DNA of 64,000 bases from Ruditapes philippinarum (taxonomy: Eukaryota), in contig NW_026857252.1 of NCBI RefSeq assembly GCF_026571515.1, positions 62,001 through 126,000 of the forward strand, in the 5' to 3' direction. The notes below the pieces were generated by a model. It saw only the letters and a program-made list of their open reading frames with translations. It was not told where the DNA came from and made no database searches. Shown piece after piece: positions 27,101 to 39,089 of this stretch (position 1 is the stretch's first letter; each line of letters begins with the position of its first letter). The translations under genes and the position numbers were made by a program.

Positions 27101-30100
27101 TAGTTTACGAACCTCTTTTAATAGACCTCGTAGATTTATATAGCAGTTGTCAAGGTAATTAGTAGGTGTCTTAATATTGACGATATTGTGAAAATTTCAG
27201 AGACAGCAAATGTAAGAAAATACTTCTATTTGAAATCAACGTGCATGAAAGTGTCTAGTGAGCAGATTTTCATGTAACGCTTAAGCCTTTCTGAAGCTTG
27301 AAGATATTGATATTACGTCTTACCTAAGCGATACACTTACAAAAAGACTCAATTAATCGTCACTTAAAGGGAGACACAGGCAAAATTTTCATTTTCTTAG
27401 TTTTGAATTTTTCATTCATTATTCTGTAAATGCGCTCAAAATAAATATATTAGGCAGTCAAAGGAACAACACTTTTCTCCATATAAAGAATAAAATGGTG
27501 GTTTCCTAACTTGACCCGCGTGGGTCAGGTTAGAGCGCTAGCATTTCACAATAGTTGTCAAAGTGAACTCTGGAAACGTTAAAGGACATGTCAAATGAAT
27601 AACTTAGGCTTGTTTCAATCGTACAATATCCACAATATTTGTAATTGTAACTTCAAGGGCTTGTTTAAGTCATCTGACTTGTTTTAAAACTATTTGGTGA
27701 TTTTATTGGCGTCTAAATTTTGTTCAGCATATATAAATATATTTACGCTTCAAACCCAAAATATATAGAATTTAAACAGAAATTCATGCTGAAACTTCAT
27801 GAAAAGTTATTTTAGAGTGATTTGAGTACATAAGATCATTTTAATATTTTTGTCATTGTTTTGCCTGAATATCCCTTTAAGTGCAGTAACAGGTTTACTC
27901 CATATAATTTAATTGTAGTTAACCCGTTACTGCGATAAGAAAAAGAAATCTGATTTATATTTTGTGTTCCAATATAAAAGAACAGATATTTTTAACATTT
28001 TGTTGATGATGTTAGTGTTTGGTCATAAAGATTTTGAAAGTCTAAAGGCTAGGTGGTATATAAATTAAGTCAATGTCAAATTTTGAATGAGTGTAAAGTT
28101 AAAAAAAAAGTAAAATGTGCAATGAAATTGGCTAGAGACAAGGTTTTCAAGATCACTCCCTTTTGTTGTACTATATTTTAATAACAAGCAAATTTAAAAT
28201 GAAATATAAATATAGTATTTTATGTGTCTGTAAAACATTTATAAATTTAACATTTGAAAGAACATAAAAAACCTGCCGACGTTTATGCAACAGCTAGGTG
28301 CAAGTGCCTTTTTATGTAACGATTCAAAACTTTGCATATATAGACAAATATACTTTCAATTACAATGGCACACGTGACTGATCTTGGTCGGTTATTACGC
28401 AGTGCTCGAGTACTGAGGCTGGCTGTAGTAGTTGAATAACGTTCCTGAAGGGTGAATATTTAATTATATTTGTGACTTTTCATTCGTCATCATCTGACGT
28501 TAAAAATAAAAATAAATGCTGGAAGTTGGAAAACAATCGTCGTGTAATAAACAGGACAGAAGTCAATATCTACTTGTACTTAGTAAATTAGACATATTTA
28601 CCGTTGACGGTAATGGTATGGCTGGTGAAGTTGATGCTGGTGTCGAAATTGTTTCATCAGAGGTTGTCTCTGGTCCCGGGCTGATGGTGGCTGGCTGTTC
28701 TGTGGGTATATCGGCACATTCATTTGACGGGTGTAAACTACAGTCTTTAACAACGGATGAATATATACCTAACCAGAAACGACTTACATTATATGACTCT
28801 ACAATCGTCAACCTATAAAACAAAGCATATGCATTGGAAGGGATTAAGAATGCACTACCAATACAATACTATAAACAAATGGAGGGTAAAAGCAAAGTGT
28901 AGGCAAAAAATAATCAACAATGTGCCTTCTTGTTATTTTTGTACAAGCATGTTTTATGCACTTTGTTTTCCTTTAAAATGCATTGATGTAAAATTATATA
29001 AACCGTCTATGTACTCATTCATACCATGCACAATTATATTGTTACGTGTGCATTTTGTATTAACAGTTACTGGTTGTATAATACTAGGACGTTACATAAG
29101 CACGCAAACCGCAATTGTTACATAAACAAGTTTTATAATAAAGCAAAAACGTTTAATAAAATCCGCCTTTGCGTATACACGTGCAAAACTTGTTATTCTT
29201 TAGAAGTTGTTTAAAGTTTTAAGTAGCATCAACAACTTGAATAATACATGGCTATTTAGCATTACAACTTAAAGGGGGCCTCAGATAACTAATAGTAAAT
29301 AAGAGCATTTACAAATTAAGATACCTGCGTCGAATTATCGACCTTTTTCATTAACCAAATGTAAGGCTTCACGTAAAAGAATCTAAAGTCCATTGAGATG
29401 TTCTACATTTTAAATGACGATACGCACTCACAAGTAACATTTGTCTTTAAACTCTAGGCTCCATGTTCACAAATATTTAAGAATCAGGATCAAGATCAGG
29501 ATCAAATTTAAACACTCAGATATCACCGTTTTTATCCAAGTAGATTAAATATTTAATATTAACTTAATGATGGACTTAAAATAGCATGTTCGTGAAATTT
29601 TTAGAATAAAATTAATGTTATTTTGCATGATATGGGCATTTTACAGTTGATCCAAATATTGATCTTAAAAAAATGATCATTAATTTTGATATGATGTTTT
29701 TCGTATTAGTTTTGTTATTGGTCGATTTTATCACAAAATAGTTGCTTCTTTGTAGATTATTTTACATTTTGAATATGCACCATCTAATTCTAGCAAAATA
29801 CGATCAATTCTTGTTATATAAAATAACGAAAATAAAATCAGGATCAGACTAGTCCTCATCCAATGTAATGATTTTATGTTTTATATTATTGGGCGGCGAC
29901 CGTCGGGATCTAAACTCCAAGTGTCTGTGATCCTGAACTTTTCTTAAATGAATCTGATCAGGAAATATAAAAAAAAAAGTTTCATACTTGAAATGCAGAT
30001 CGCCCTGAAAGGTCATTGGTGCTTTCCATGTGAAGTCTATTTCTGTTTTATTGCTGTTTGATGTATGTGTCAATCCTTGTTTATTGGCCTGAAAAATATA

Positions 30101-33100
30101 AACAGATATTAAAATTGTCATTAAATTAAGAAGAAAGAGACATACAAATGATATTTAATATATTGCATCGAACTTGTCAGATCATATTAAGAAGATATTC
30201 GTTATTTTGAAATTGCTATTACAACACTATAAACGCACTTAAGTTAGTGGAATTTTTTTCGTCTCATGTATTGCCCATTGTGTTAGAGCTTGTTGTTAAC
30301 ATTATAACTCTTGATTTTTTATAAACCCTTACCCCGTTGAATTTGTGTCACGTATATGCCCTACTTTGATCCTTAAGTTTAAGGGATTTCAATATAAGCT
30401 TTAAAACAAGAATTGATCTGCCTACAGTTTTGTTTGCTTGTTTGTTTCATTTTACGCCTTTTCCCAACAGTATTTCAGTCATATAGGCGGGTAGTTTCCT
30501 AACCATCGTTCCTGGAGAGTATAGAGTTTGTTGGACTAGTAGTGACTATATGGCAAAGTAAAGTGTTTCACTTTAGGTTTTAACATATTAAAGGTCAAAA
30601 TATAGTGATCTTCAAGTGATTGACAAGCTGTTCAATGATAACTTATTTGAATCTAGAGAAAGTAGACATGATTGTATATTGGAACCAAATGCTGTCCGTT
30701 GGACTCGAACACACAAACGATCCGAACTCACATTGAAATTGATATAACACGTGATCAACATGTTTTTGCAGATACTTTTGCAATCATTTCTTTGGTTGTT
30801 TGTTAACTTGTTTCAAATGACATCGTCTTATTATACTTACATTACCACAGTTCGTGTGCGTGTCTGATCCTGACACTATGAACTCCCCAAATGGTGTCAT
30901 TTCAGAGTTATCCGCCTTTCTAGCTTGTATCAAGAATCCGCGAAATAGAAAGCCCTTTGGTGAGTATATTGTTCCTAAAATATTTTATTTAGAATTAACC
31001 AGTTAAACGGATTTTAAAACGTGATATGGTCGGAAATGATTTTCAAAACAAGCTCTTAAACAATTCAAAATACTGTTTCCACTCAAAAAAGGCAACGAAA
31101 CAACCATTTGTTTGCTATTTTATTACCTTAACATTTCATATATCTGAATGTATGCATTATATCTAATAAATGAGCTCATGGAACATGCCTTGAAATAAAT
31201 TATATGTATTATAAGTAGTATGGAACGAAATATGACAGTTGCTCTAAAAACTATTTTACGTTTTAACTTTTTTCAGCGCTAGCATCGATGGCAGACAAAG
31301 CTATACAATCAGTACTGGATACTCTACATATTCGTACAATTTGACACGGCCCTGTACCGTTGGCCTTTTGATGTCGATGTTGATATACCTACAATTTCTA
31401 TTAAACTATTCTTAAACCACAACTGAAAATATCGATTAAATGAAATTAAAAAGCAAAATGAGGATCAATAGATAAGAACATAAGCTAAAAGTGTATACCT
31501 TTGATTTCAGATCCAGGTTTGTAAACAGTTTCTGTGAGATTAATGGCAAAGGGTGGTGTTCCTGACGTAGTCGTTGGAGGGTGATATGGCCTCATTTCCT
31601 GACATGCTACAAGTGGGGCGCCCGTGGGGTAGGATGAACAATGGTGGAGGATACATAACAAAGCGTATATAATTATTGTGGAGAGATGCACTGATTTCTG
31701 TGAAAGATAGAAATATATGTATGAAACATCATTTTCCCTGTGTATTTAGGTGACAATTTACTGATTTTGTTGTTGTTTTTTTGGTGAGTTTTTTGTGTTT
31801 ATTGACGTGGAGGGTGTCAGTCACAAAATTTTGAAAGATGACAATGTCTTTTACGTTATTGTAGGTAATTTTTTAATGTAGGTATTTTAAGTCAGAGAGT
31901 GTAGTAAATGTTATAACTGGACCTTATTTTATTGTTGGGAACTAATGTTTTTATTAGGTTTTTATAAGGTTTTTTTTTGTTATAACATCAGACTAGTGAA
32001 TTGCATTATATATAGACATTTAGACACATAAGTAGAATATGAAAGCTTAGATAAAATGATAGATTCACAAGATTCCGCATACATTTAATGTAATGTGTTT
32101 AGTCTATATTATCATATAAGCAAGAAAATCTGATTTTTATTATATTTACCTACGTAAGCTTTGCTTACACGTCCCATATAATTCTGTATTGAATGGCATA
32201 TGTACTTTAATCAGTTTTATTCATTTTGGTAGGTTGTACATGTGATGAGACGAAAATAAACTATTTGAACTGAATTGAATATATAGTTTTATATACCATA
32301 TCACATCGAGAAAATTTTATCATTATTAATTATTTGCGTCTTCTAGATATCTGTAAAAATATTAACAAAGGATGGACAAACGGGTAGACCACATCAAATG
32401 ACGCAGGTTATGACTGTAGTCAAAGTTCGATATTTGAATGGCTTTGAAAGAACTCTGGTGTCTAAAACAATATTCATTATCTGCGTAATGTTCTATATAT
32501 AAGAAATGACAAGTCTAATAGAAATTCAACGAGGTAATACGTTGTGTTTTTGTTTAAAGTTTACGTTTTTCATTACAGTTAAAAATTTTGACTTATTGAA
32601 AAGTAAAAAGTTTCAAGATTCAAGTAATATTCTACATATTATGTGCGATTAATGACTGATTCTTTAGTATTTACAATTAAATTTCTATATTTCTACTGCG
32701 TTACTAACGTAGTAAAGGCTATTTATGCATACCTTGACCACATTTTGGTAATTTACGTGATTTGTAAGTGCCATTGATTGATAATGTGTAAATTGCTTTT
32801 TTCTGGTTGCTTCACAATATTACACATTCAAATATATTTCAATTTTTTTATGAAAATTAGCATGAATCTGGAGGCGTGCTGCTTTAACTCTGCATATGAA
32901 TTTTTTTTGCTTGAAGATATTTCTTAATGTTATATTTTTTACTATCAAAATGCACAACAGAAAAAAAACGCGCATGATTTCTTACATTAAAATGTATTTG
33001 CGTTCCCAAAAACAGGTCAGTAAAGTTGATCCTTTCTTTAAAAAATATCTGCCAGTATTTAGTGACACTATATTTATATTGTGACCACCTATAGTATGGA

Positions 33101-33612
33101 GTTTTAAACATAAAATATCAACTTCGTGTTAAGTCCAAATATGTTTATTTTATATTGACAAAGAGACTGTGTAAAAATTTATCAATATTTCTAATATCAA
33201 ATTTGAGCATAGTATATCTTTAAGTATATGAAAATGTCTGCGAAATGATTTTGTTTTGTTGAAAAATCATCATAATTTGTCATATTTTTACAGTATGTAG
33301 CATATATAGTAATTTTCATTGTTTTGTCTTATTTTACCTTAAATGATGAAGACATGGGTTAATCATAAAAAGTAATTTGATCAATTATTAATCGATCTAT
33401 ATTTTCGATTAATGTTTCTCTCATTATTTCAGTCATAATTTAATCATAACATTACATCATGTTAATATGTTATGTTATATTTTCTTAATAAAGCTTAAAA
33501 GTTCTTTAACTACAGGTTATCATGCTAATATATTATGATATATTTCCTGAAAAAATATCAAAGAATAAATAGTACTGATTAAATAAAAGAAAGAAAAAAA
33601 CATAGTTACCAT
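12066..33612 (-). CDS. FRRS1: Ferric-chelate reductase 1-like protein (signal peptide, Reeler, DOMON, DOMON, cytochrome b561), ~852 aa, 20 coding exons
   Basis: Phase-consistent GT-AG exons: 33610-33612, 31499-31697, 30841-30974, 29988-30088, 28602-28812, 26658-26912, 26157-26252, 25522-25672, 24952-25058, 23438-23671, 22918-23013, 21592-21742, 19798-19911, 18976-19091, 18285-18371, 17750-17830, 17261-17360, 14815-14955, 14178-14239, 12066-12185 (2559 nt, no internal stop). Reeler motifs YPTGAP, FRGFLIQAR, LTHTS and FTWKAP. Four b561 His in KLHG, IHR, AHPYLG and WAHF. Confidence 0.92.
12201..12344. other. Assembly gap
   Basis: Run of N. Confidence 1.
13171..13511. mobile_element. Kolobok-like MITE
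   Basis: TTAA|AGGCACATTATGC ... GCATAATGGGCCT|TTAA; a related inverted partial copy lies near 42995-43290. Confidence 0.75.
14178..14239 (-). CDS. FRRS1: FRRS1-like exon (cytoplasmic loop)
   Basis: TTTTAG acceptor, GTAAGT donor, phase 1 to 0, which bridges the flanking exons; DSITYGKLNSNSVKQRLLTTT. Confidence 0.7.
14815..14955 (-). CDS. FRRS1: FRRS1-like cytochrome b561 exon (TM region)
   Basis: VVTIFFGINLSKAKVDEYAKDVMIAYSVIFVVAQSVLEIQKK; AG/GT boundaries, phase 1 to 1. Confidence 0.85.
16316..16734. repeat. 71-bp intronic minisatellite, 6 copies
   Basis: Units start at 16316, 16387, 16458, 16529, 16600 and 16671 (GCATGACAAGAAATGATG...GATGACACGTT). Confidence 0.95.
17000..17146. repeat. 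~69-bp tandem duplication
   Basis: TGTCACCTATTAATGAATTTC...GTACCGGG occurs twice; the second copy has a (TA)n expansion. Confidence 0.85.
17261..17360 (-). CDS. FRRS1: FRRS1-like cytochrome b561 exon
   Basis: PIMALFRPPVDHQHRPIFNWAHFSVGTAAHIIA; conserved FRP...RxxFNWxH motif. Confidence 0.92.
17750..17830 (-). CDS. FRRS1: FRRS1-like cytochrome b561 exon
   Basis: ISADPGKEYTKAHPYLGIIVTCLTLLN; heme His in HPYLG. Confidence 0.92.
18285..18371 (-). CDS. FRRS1: FRRS1-like cytochrome b561 exon
   Basis: IHRTLMFVVLLCVIIAFVAIFYEIGGFSQ. Confidence 0.92.
18976..19091 (-). CDS. FRRS1: FRRS1-like cytochrome b561 exon
   Basis: GSLMVVAWVLCSSIGVVIARHFK...YWFA. Confidence 0.92.
19798..19911 (-). CDS. FRRS1: FRRS1-like exon (end of DOMON2, start of b561)
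   Basis: IKQQHTKIPVRSSGKVDF...SPLIKLH(G). Confidence 0.9.
21592..21742 (-). CDS. FRRS1: FRRS1-like DOMON2 exon C
   Basis: KTLGLSNMQGSVKGKKIECSFTR...YLLVGHGPVVN; 151 nt, same length as 25522-25672. Confidence 0.9.
22918..23013 (-). CDS. FRRS1: FRRS1-like DOMON2 exon B
   Basis: DDTNVIACLTGRNNVSVESSHNEGYTNVMYSK; 96 nt. Confidence 0.88.
23438..23671 (-). CDS. FRRS1: FRRS1-like DOMON2 exon A
   Basis: CGVSKGCF...WIAIGFSPTGKM. Confidence 0.9.
24952..25058 (-). CDS. FRRS1: FRRS1-like exon (end of DOMON1 plus Thr/Pro linker)
   Basis: IKYQHTKIPIRSPGKVNIL...VQPLTTSP. Confidence 0.85.
25522..25672 (-). CDS. FRRS1: FRRS1-like DOMON1 exon C
   Basis: KTLGLLAMSGSVHGNLIECSFTR...YLLVGHGPVVK. Confidence 0.9.
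26157..26252 (-). CDS. FRRS1: FRRS1-like DOMON1 exon B
   Basis: DGTNVIACLTGRNTVSVESSHNKGYKNVMYST; 96 nt. Confidence 0.88.
26658..26912 (-). CDS. FRRS1: FRRS1-like DOMON1 exon A
   Basis: CGVSKGCF...WIAVGLSPTGLM. Confidence 0.9.
27368..27876. mobile_element. Kolobok-like MITE (intronic)
   Basis: TTAA|AGGGAGACACAGGCAAAA ... TTTTGCCTGAATATCCCT|TTAA; TIR matches at 15 of 18 positions. Confidence 0.7.
28602..28812 (-). CDS. FRRS1: FRRS1-like exon (end of Reeler plus Ser/Thr/Pro linker)
   Basis: LTIVESYNVSRFWLGIYS...TEQPATISPGPETTS. Confidence 0.88.
29988..30088 (-). CDS. FRRS1: FRRS1-like Reeler exon
   Basis: ANKQGLTHTSNSNKTEIDFTWKAP. Confidence 0.92.
30841..30974 (-). CDS. FRRS1: FRRS1-like Reeler exon
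   Basis: GTIYSPKGFLFRGFLIQARKAD...PFGEF...CGN. Confidence 0.92.
31499..31697 (-). CDS. FRRS1: FRRS1-like signal peptide and Reeler start exon
   Basis: KSVHLSTIIIYALLCILHHCSSYPTGAPLVACQEMRPYH. Confidence 0.9.
32600..32883 (-). mobile_element. Kolobok-like MITE, partial; same family as 33858-34208, inverted
   Basis: Ends in TCTGGAGGCGTGCTGCT|TTAA; internal sequence matches the reverse complement of 33858-34130. Confidence 0.65.
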
Positions 33613-33690
33613 CTTTGGAAGTTATGGACTGTGTAGCCGTTTAACTATAAAATCTTTCTATCACACAGCCTATGTATCACTTTATAATTC
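33610..33690 (-). promoter_or_regulatory. Putative first exon (5' UTR plus ATG only) and TATA box of the FRRS1-like gene
   Basis: Minus strand reads AAGATG|GTAACT (ATG at 33610-33612, phase 0, matching exon 31499-31697, which has no upstream in-frame ATG); TATAAA at 33681-33686. Confidence 0.55.
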
Positions 33691-33857
33691 CATTAAGTCC
33701 TACACGAATTTTAACACAATTGTGTAATGTGAATCACGTGCTGCTGTGAACAAACTCGTGTGTTCTAAATCCTGTACCGATAATTACGACGTTTATTACT
33801 ATTGATGATAATTTGTTATCAAATAGGACATAGCGTCTGATAAATTGACTGATTTAA

Positions 33858-34208
33858 AGCAGCATGCCTCGAGATTCATGCCAATTTTCATGAAAATTTT
33901 AAAAATGTATTGATAAGTTAATTAATGTGAAGTGAACAAAGAAAAACGTACACGTTCTAGACAGCACTTGTAATCCATGTAAATGACCAAAATAATGTCA
34001 AAATAAGCAGAACAAAGAGCCCTTACTGCGTAAGTAATTTAACGCAGTAGAAATATGATGATAAATACTGTAAATTCAGTCCTTATTTACACATAACATG
34101 TAAATCATTCCTTGAATCAAATTTTCTTTACTTTTCATGAAAACGTAGAATATTTTACTCAAGTTTGATTTTCTTGAAACATTTTGGCTCATCTTGATGC
34201 ATGAAGCT
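33858..34208 (+). mobile_element. Kolobok-like MITE
   Basis: TTAA|AGCAGCATGCCTC ... GATGCATGAAGCT|TTAA; family ends also seen near 10164 and 53751. Confidence 0.65.
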
Positions 34209-36358
34209 TTAATTTTAAAATAAATTTATGTTGGTATAAAATTTAGTTTCTTTTGATATCAATATAATATACTCTGACGCATTGTTTGATATTTCCCCAA
34301 TCGGATTTTGAATTATACATGTGTTCATACTCTGCATTAAACATTAGGGGATGGCAATTAAAATTGAAAGTGTGTAAACACTTTTTCTTCTTTTAGATTT
34401 TTTTATTATTTCTTATTGATTTTTATTTTGTTGTTGTTTTTGTGTTTTTATAACGATTTAGTGGATTACTGATTTATCCGTGAATAATATATTTGATAAT
34501 TTCACAGTGAAAATTATCAAAATATAATTTCACACTTTCAATGACGAAACTAGTTTTTTCAGAATTTCCCCATGTGTTACCTCAATTTTTTTTGCTGACA
34601 ATTCTGTCAATGTCAGGCTGTTTAAAGAAAAGCAAAGCTGAAATTGATAAATAACTAAAATGTCAAAAGTAATAAAAAGAAGAAAACTTACTTCTATTCA
34701 TTCAAATTACCAATCACCAAATATTGTCTCTTAATTTTTTTGTTTCATTTTTACAGTCTGAAAAATACATTCCTTCCACATGCAAAACTGCTCTTGATGA
34801 TATTTGGGCATATTTAAGTATCCTACGAACAATAACTGTCGTATGCTTTATGAAAACTTGAAAAGCAATTACAGCCATCAGCCCGAAGAATAAGTAAACA
34901 ACCCAGCGTTCGTAAGGCAGTTTTCAACAATTCCAAGTTTTCCAATTTCCTAGCCACTTTTTGAATGTTTACACATTTGTCAACACTTATTTATTGTCTG
35001 TTATTACAATCCTCAAATAAGTTTTCTTTCTTTTAAAAAGGTGTATGACTAATAAATGATATCCCTCTGAATAAAACACAATTATTTTCCTCCCGTGAAA
35101 TACACAACTTTTAAAAATGTCGGCCGCTTACATTTAACAAAGCGAGGTCTAATATAAATTCGCAGTAAGTAACAGAAATAATGATGAATGGTTGGACTTT
35201 TTGTTCTACTTGAATTGTTTGTTTTCATTATTTAAACAAGCGATCATTCACATTTTTTCAAAAAAAAAAAAAGAATAATATCACAGCCATTTAACGTTGA
35301 TTGTCGAACTTATTTTCAGCCCAAGACGTCTTGTATTTAATAACAAAATCGACTAAATGGGGCTCTCAATGGGGAAACAGATTTTAATATTAACGTTAAT
35401 ATTAAGGAAATTTCGTTTTAATTTGTTTTTAAGCATAAGATAAAAAGAAAACTTGTATGTTTGTTGTGTAAGATGTAATTTTATTTCATCTCGTTAACTT
35501 TAAAAAACAGTATTCTCTGCTCTCTGTAAAACTGTTTTTAAAGCCCACTCGATGAAATAAAATTTCACCTTACACACAAACAAATAAATAGTCTGTATAT
35601 AATCAAAAAAATAGATTGATTTGTTTATACATTTTCTATTAAGCCTCTATTGCACTAAAACCTATTTGGGTCTCAACATTCTAAAATATGAAAATATATA
35701 GACGGTGTCAAGATGTTTGACCGTTTTATTTTCGGTGAAACTCGCCCTAATTTACATTATTTTCTAACATTATTTATCAAAGATGTTTGACTGTTGTTGT
35801 TATTTTTTCCTATATAAAATACATATTTGTTGTTTATTTAATTTTTAACAGGTTTTTGCATGTATATGTGAAATAAGATATAGTCTGGGATAGAAAGAAA
35901 TGTATGACTGATAAAAGTCCTAATATTTGACATTTGACAATGCGGTATTACGTATATTTGGTTGACCTAATGGACCCTTTATCAATTTTGTTTTGATCAT
36001 ACTTTTTGATAATTTCATAATCTTAATTTACCTTACTTATTTCATTATTTTCAAAAAAGGGTTTGAGTGCGAGAAATTATCGTCAAATGTCATTTGTTTC
36101 ATGCCTTGTTCGTGTGTGCGTGTGTGAGTGCATGTCTGTGGTTACTTGGTTTGTTTTTTATGTTATTATTAAGACTAGAAAAATTACTGACTAATACACA
36201 AATATCGTACAAAAACTTAAAACTTACATGTAGGGTAAATAGAATGTAAACAAATTACACGGATTCCTCTGAATGGCATGATGTAATTTAGAGGCGAAAC
36301 TAGAGATAGATTAATGTTTCAGTGTAAAAAATAACAATGTACATCTTTATAATCATAT

Positions 36359-36597
36359 GAGCTGCGTCACGACAAAACCAACGTAATGCGTTTGCGACCA
36401 GCATGGATCCAGACCAGCCTGCGCATCCGCGCAGTCTGATCAGGACCCATGCTGTTCGCTTACGACCCGTATAACAAGTAGAGAAACTGATAGCGAGCGA
36501 ACAGCATGGCTCCTGATCAGACTGCGCGGATGCGCAGACTGGTCTGGATCCATGCTGGTCGAAAACGCATTACGTTGGTTTTGTCGTGACGCGGCTC
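36359..36597. mobile_element. Palindromic MITE, copy 3
   Basis: Same family as 10780-11014. Confidence 0.9.
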
Positions 36598-38717
36598 AAT
36601 TATATGTCTGCAAGAAACCTAAGCCTATCCATCATATCTCATTTATATGTGTTTTGTATTTTTATGTTTGTATTTATTTCCTTATTTTGTACATAAATAA
36701 TCTACATAATTTGTATTAATAAAACATGACATTTTAATCACAGTTAACGGACTAGTAGATAAGCTCAAGTCGGAAGTAAAACGAATCGTCTGCTTCAGTT
36801 AAGGCCATAAAGCAGACGAAATGAATACCGTCTTTATCATTTATAATAGATAGAATACAGGAAGTTAAATTGAAAGGAAAACCTGAAAGATGTTTACCTC
36901 CGTTTTATATTAAATTTTATATAATATATTGTATTAAACAATTGCCAAAAGATTTGTCCGCCTTTGAATTTGGAAGTTCATTCCAACTTTGACACACCCT
37001 TATCACTTTCTGTTTCAGAAGGTTGAAGGTTAGTATTTAAAAATAAATCGTTCCAGCAGAAAGAATTAAAACTATTGAAACATGACCTATAAGAGTATAT
37101 GTGAAAATATGTCATACGTTATAAACATATGATTATTTATTCAACGCAAAATGTACTTATATGTGTGGAATATTAAATAGATCGAATACAACGCTACAAT
37201 AGTTGAGACTTCTTTCAAACAAGTTTTAAAATAACAATGAATAAGGGACAAAAAATGTTTTTGCATAAAATACACAACATACTTTTGTCAGTGCATGCGA
37301 TCAAATGTGAAATGTGTGTTTTTAGTTGATACTATTTATAGAAAAAAAATATTTCCTTGTTTTTAAAACGACAATTCTTCAAAAAAAAAAACTTCCGGTT
37401 TATACAACATTATCGTTATCAAGCATTTACTTACAGTGTTATATGCTGGAAATATATCCATTGTCCGACTAATATCAACAAATAACTTATAAACCTTGTG
37501 ATAAACTTCAATTTTCCATTATTTCACCCTACCCAACACCGATAAACAAGAAAGGCAATGGTTAGTAAACAAGTTTATCTGTTAAGCCGACTTTGATCAA
37601 TAATTGCATATAGCCCGGGATAGTTTAAAATTGCATAAATGATTTCCGCCCTTTTATCTCAACTTTAGATACTTCACAGATAGATGATTCATTTATGATT
37701 ATGCAGCCATTTATATATTTCGATTTAATGAGGCTCTGAAGTATAAGGCGTTAAAGGCACACCACCACTTATTATTTTTAACCCTTACAAAACACGCTTA
37801 CTATCTTAATATATAGACGTGTCCATCTTTCAATGTGCACGAAACCATTCGTCATTTTTCGGGAACATTAAGAGATAACTACCGACTGAATAGCAAGAAT
37901 TGCAGACGATGGTCAGACGATACAGATGTGCCGGTTGATCTTCGTCTGCTGTCGTTTTTCATCTGACTTAGCGTTAAAAATATATATTCTCAGTCGGGAC
38001 GCTAGCGTGCCAACCTTTTAAATTACTTTTTTGATGATCAGTGTAATGTAAGCCGCAATATCTTTAATACACCACACTTTCTTTAACAGTGTTCAATTTT
38101 CACTGTAGAAAATATTAAAATCATTCAACCCAAAGAAAAATATATATTTAACAACATAAAAATCAAGAACGAGGCAACTGTTTACAGTCATCTGCCTTAT
38201 TAGACTTTGTCACTAAGTTATGGACTTAATTCGTTATATTACCCGCTAAGTATCGAATGCATACTTTTTAATATTATACTTCCATTATAATTATATGTTA
38301 AACATAAAGAAAACTATTCGTATGGTGCGAGGCAGAATGAAACGTAGATACAATATATTTTCTGTATTTATAAAAATGAGTTTACCTATTTTATAATTGT
38401 AAAGTCGTGACGGGTCTTTAACGTTCAGCGAAATATTATATAAGCAAAACATTTTTTATATTTCAGAACATTGGTTATATAAGAACCCTTTTTTCAATCA
38501 TTTATCCACTTTAAGAGCAATAAATAAGAATATATTGTTCACGCCTATATTCAACAGTACAATAAAATCTGAATAAATATTACAGTTTTATGAAACTTTA
38601 CCCAAATAAACTTAAATAAACTTGGATGCTTGATAAATTCGATTATTGATTAAAATTCAAATTAGTGTTCTTCTTTAAACCTCACTAAAACCGAATGATG
38701 CATCTTACAAAACATTT

Positions 38718-38931
38718 GAGCTGCGTCATGACAAAACCAACATAATGGGTTTGCGACCAGCATGGATACAGACCAGCCTGCGCATCCGCGCAGTTTGATC
38801 AGGATCCAGGCTGTTCGTTTACCAACCCTATTACAAGTAGAGAATTTGATAGCGAACAGTAGGGATCCTGATCAGACTGCGCGGATGCGCTGGCTGGTCT
38901 GGATCCATGCTGGTCCCAAACCCATTATGTT
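38718..38931. mobile_element. Palindromic MITE, copy 4 (right end truncated)
   Basis: Same family; right terminus missing. Confidence 0.88.
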
Positions 38932-39089
38932 TGTATTTCTTGCGTGTTACAGTAATTTTGTAACCTTTGATGGTTTTCATCATCTAACCCGGCTACAAGA
39001 ATAGACAAGTTCGTTGTACTAAGATGGTTATGTACCTATATAAATTCACTGACATAATTGTTAATTTAATATCATAAAATACTATTATT

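Noticed and set aside
23442-28818. Plus-strand ORFs overlapping FRRS1-like exons
   Set aside because: Antisense shadows of real minus-strand exons.
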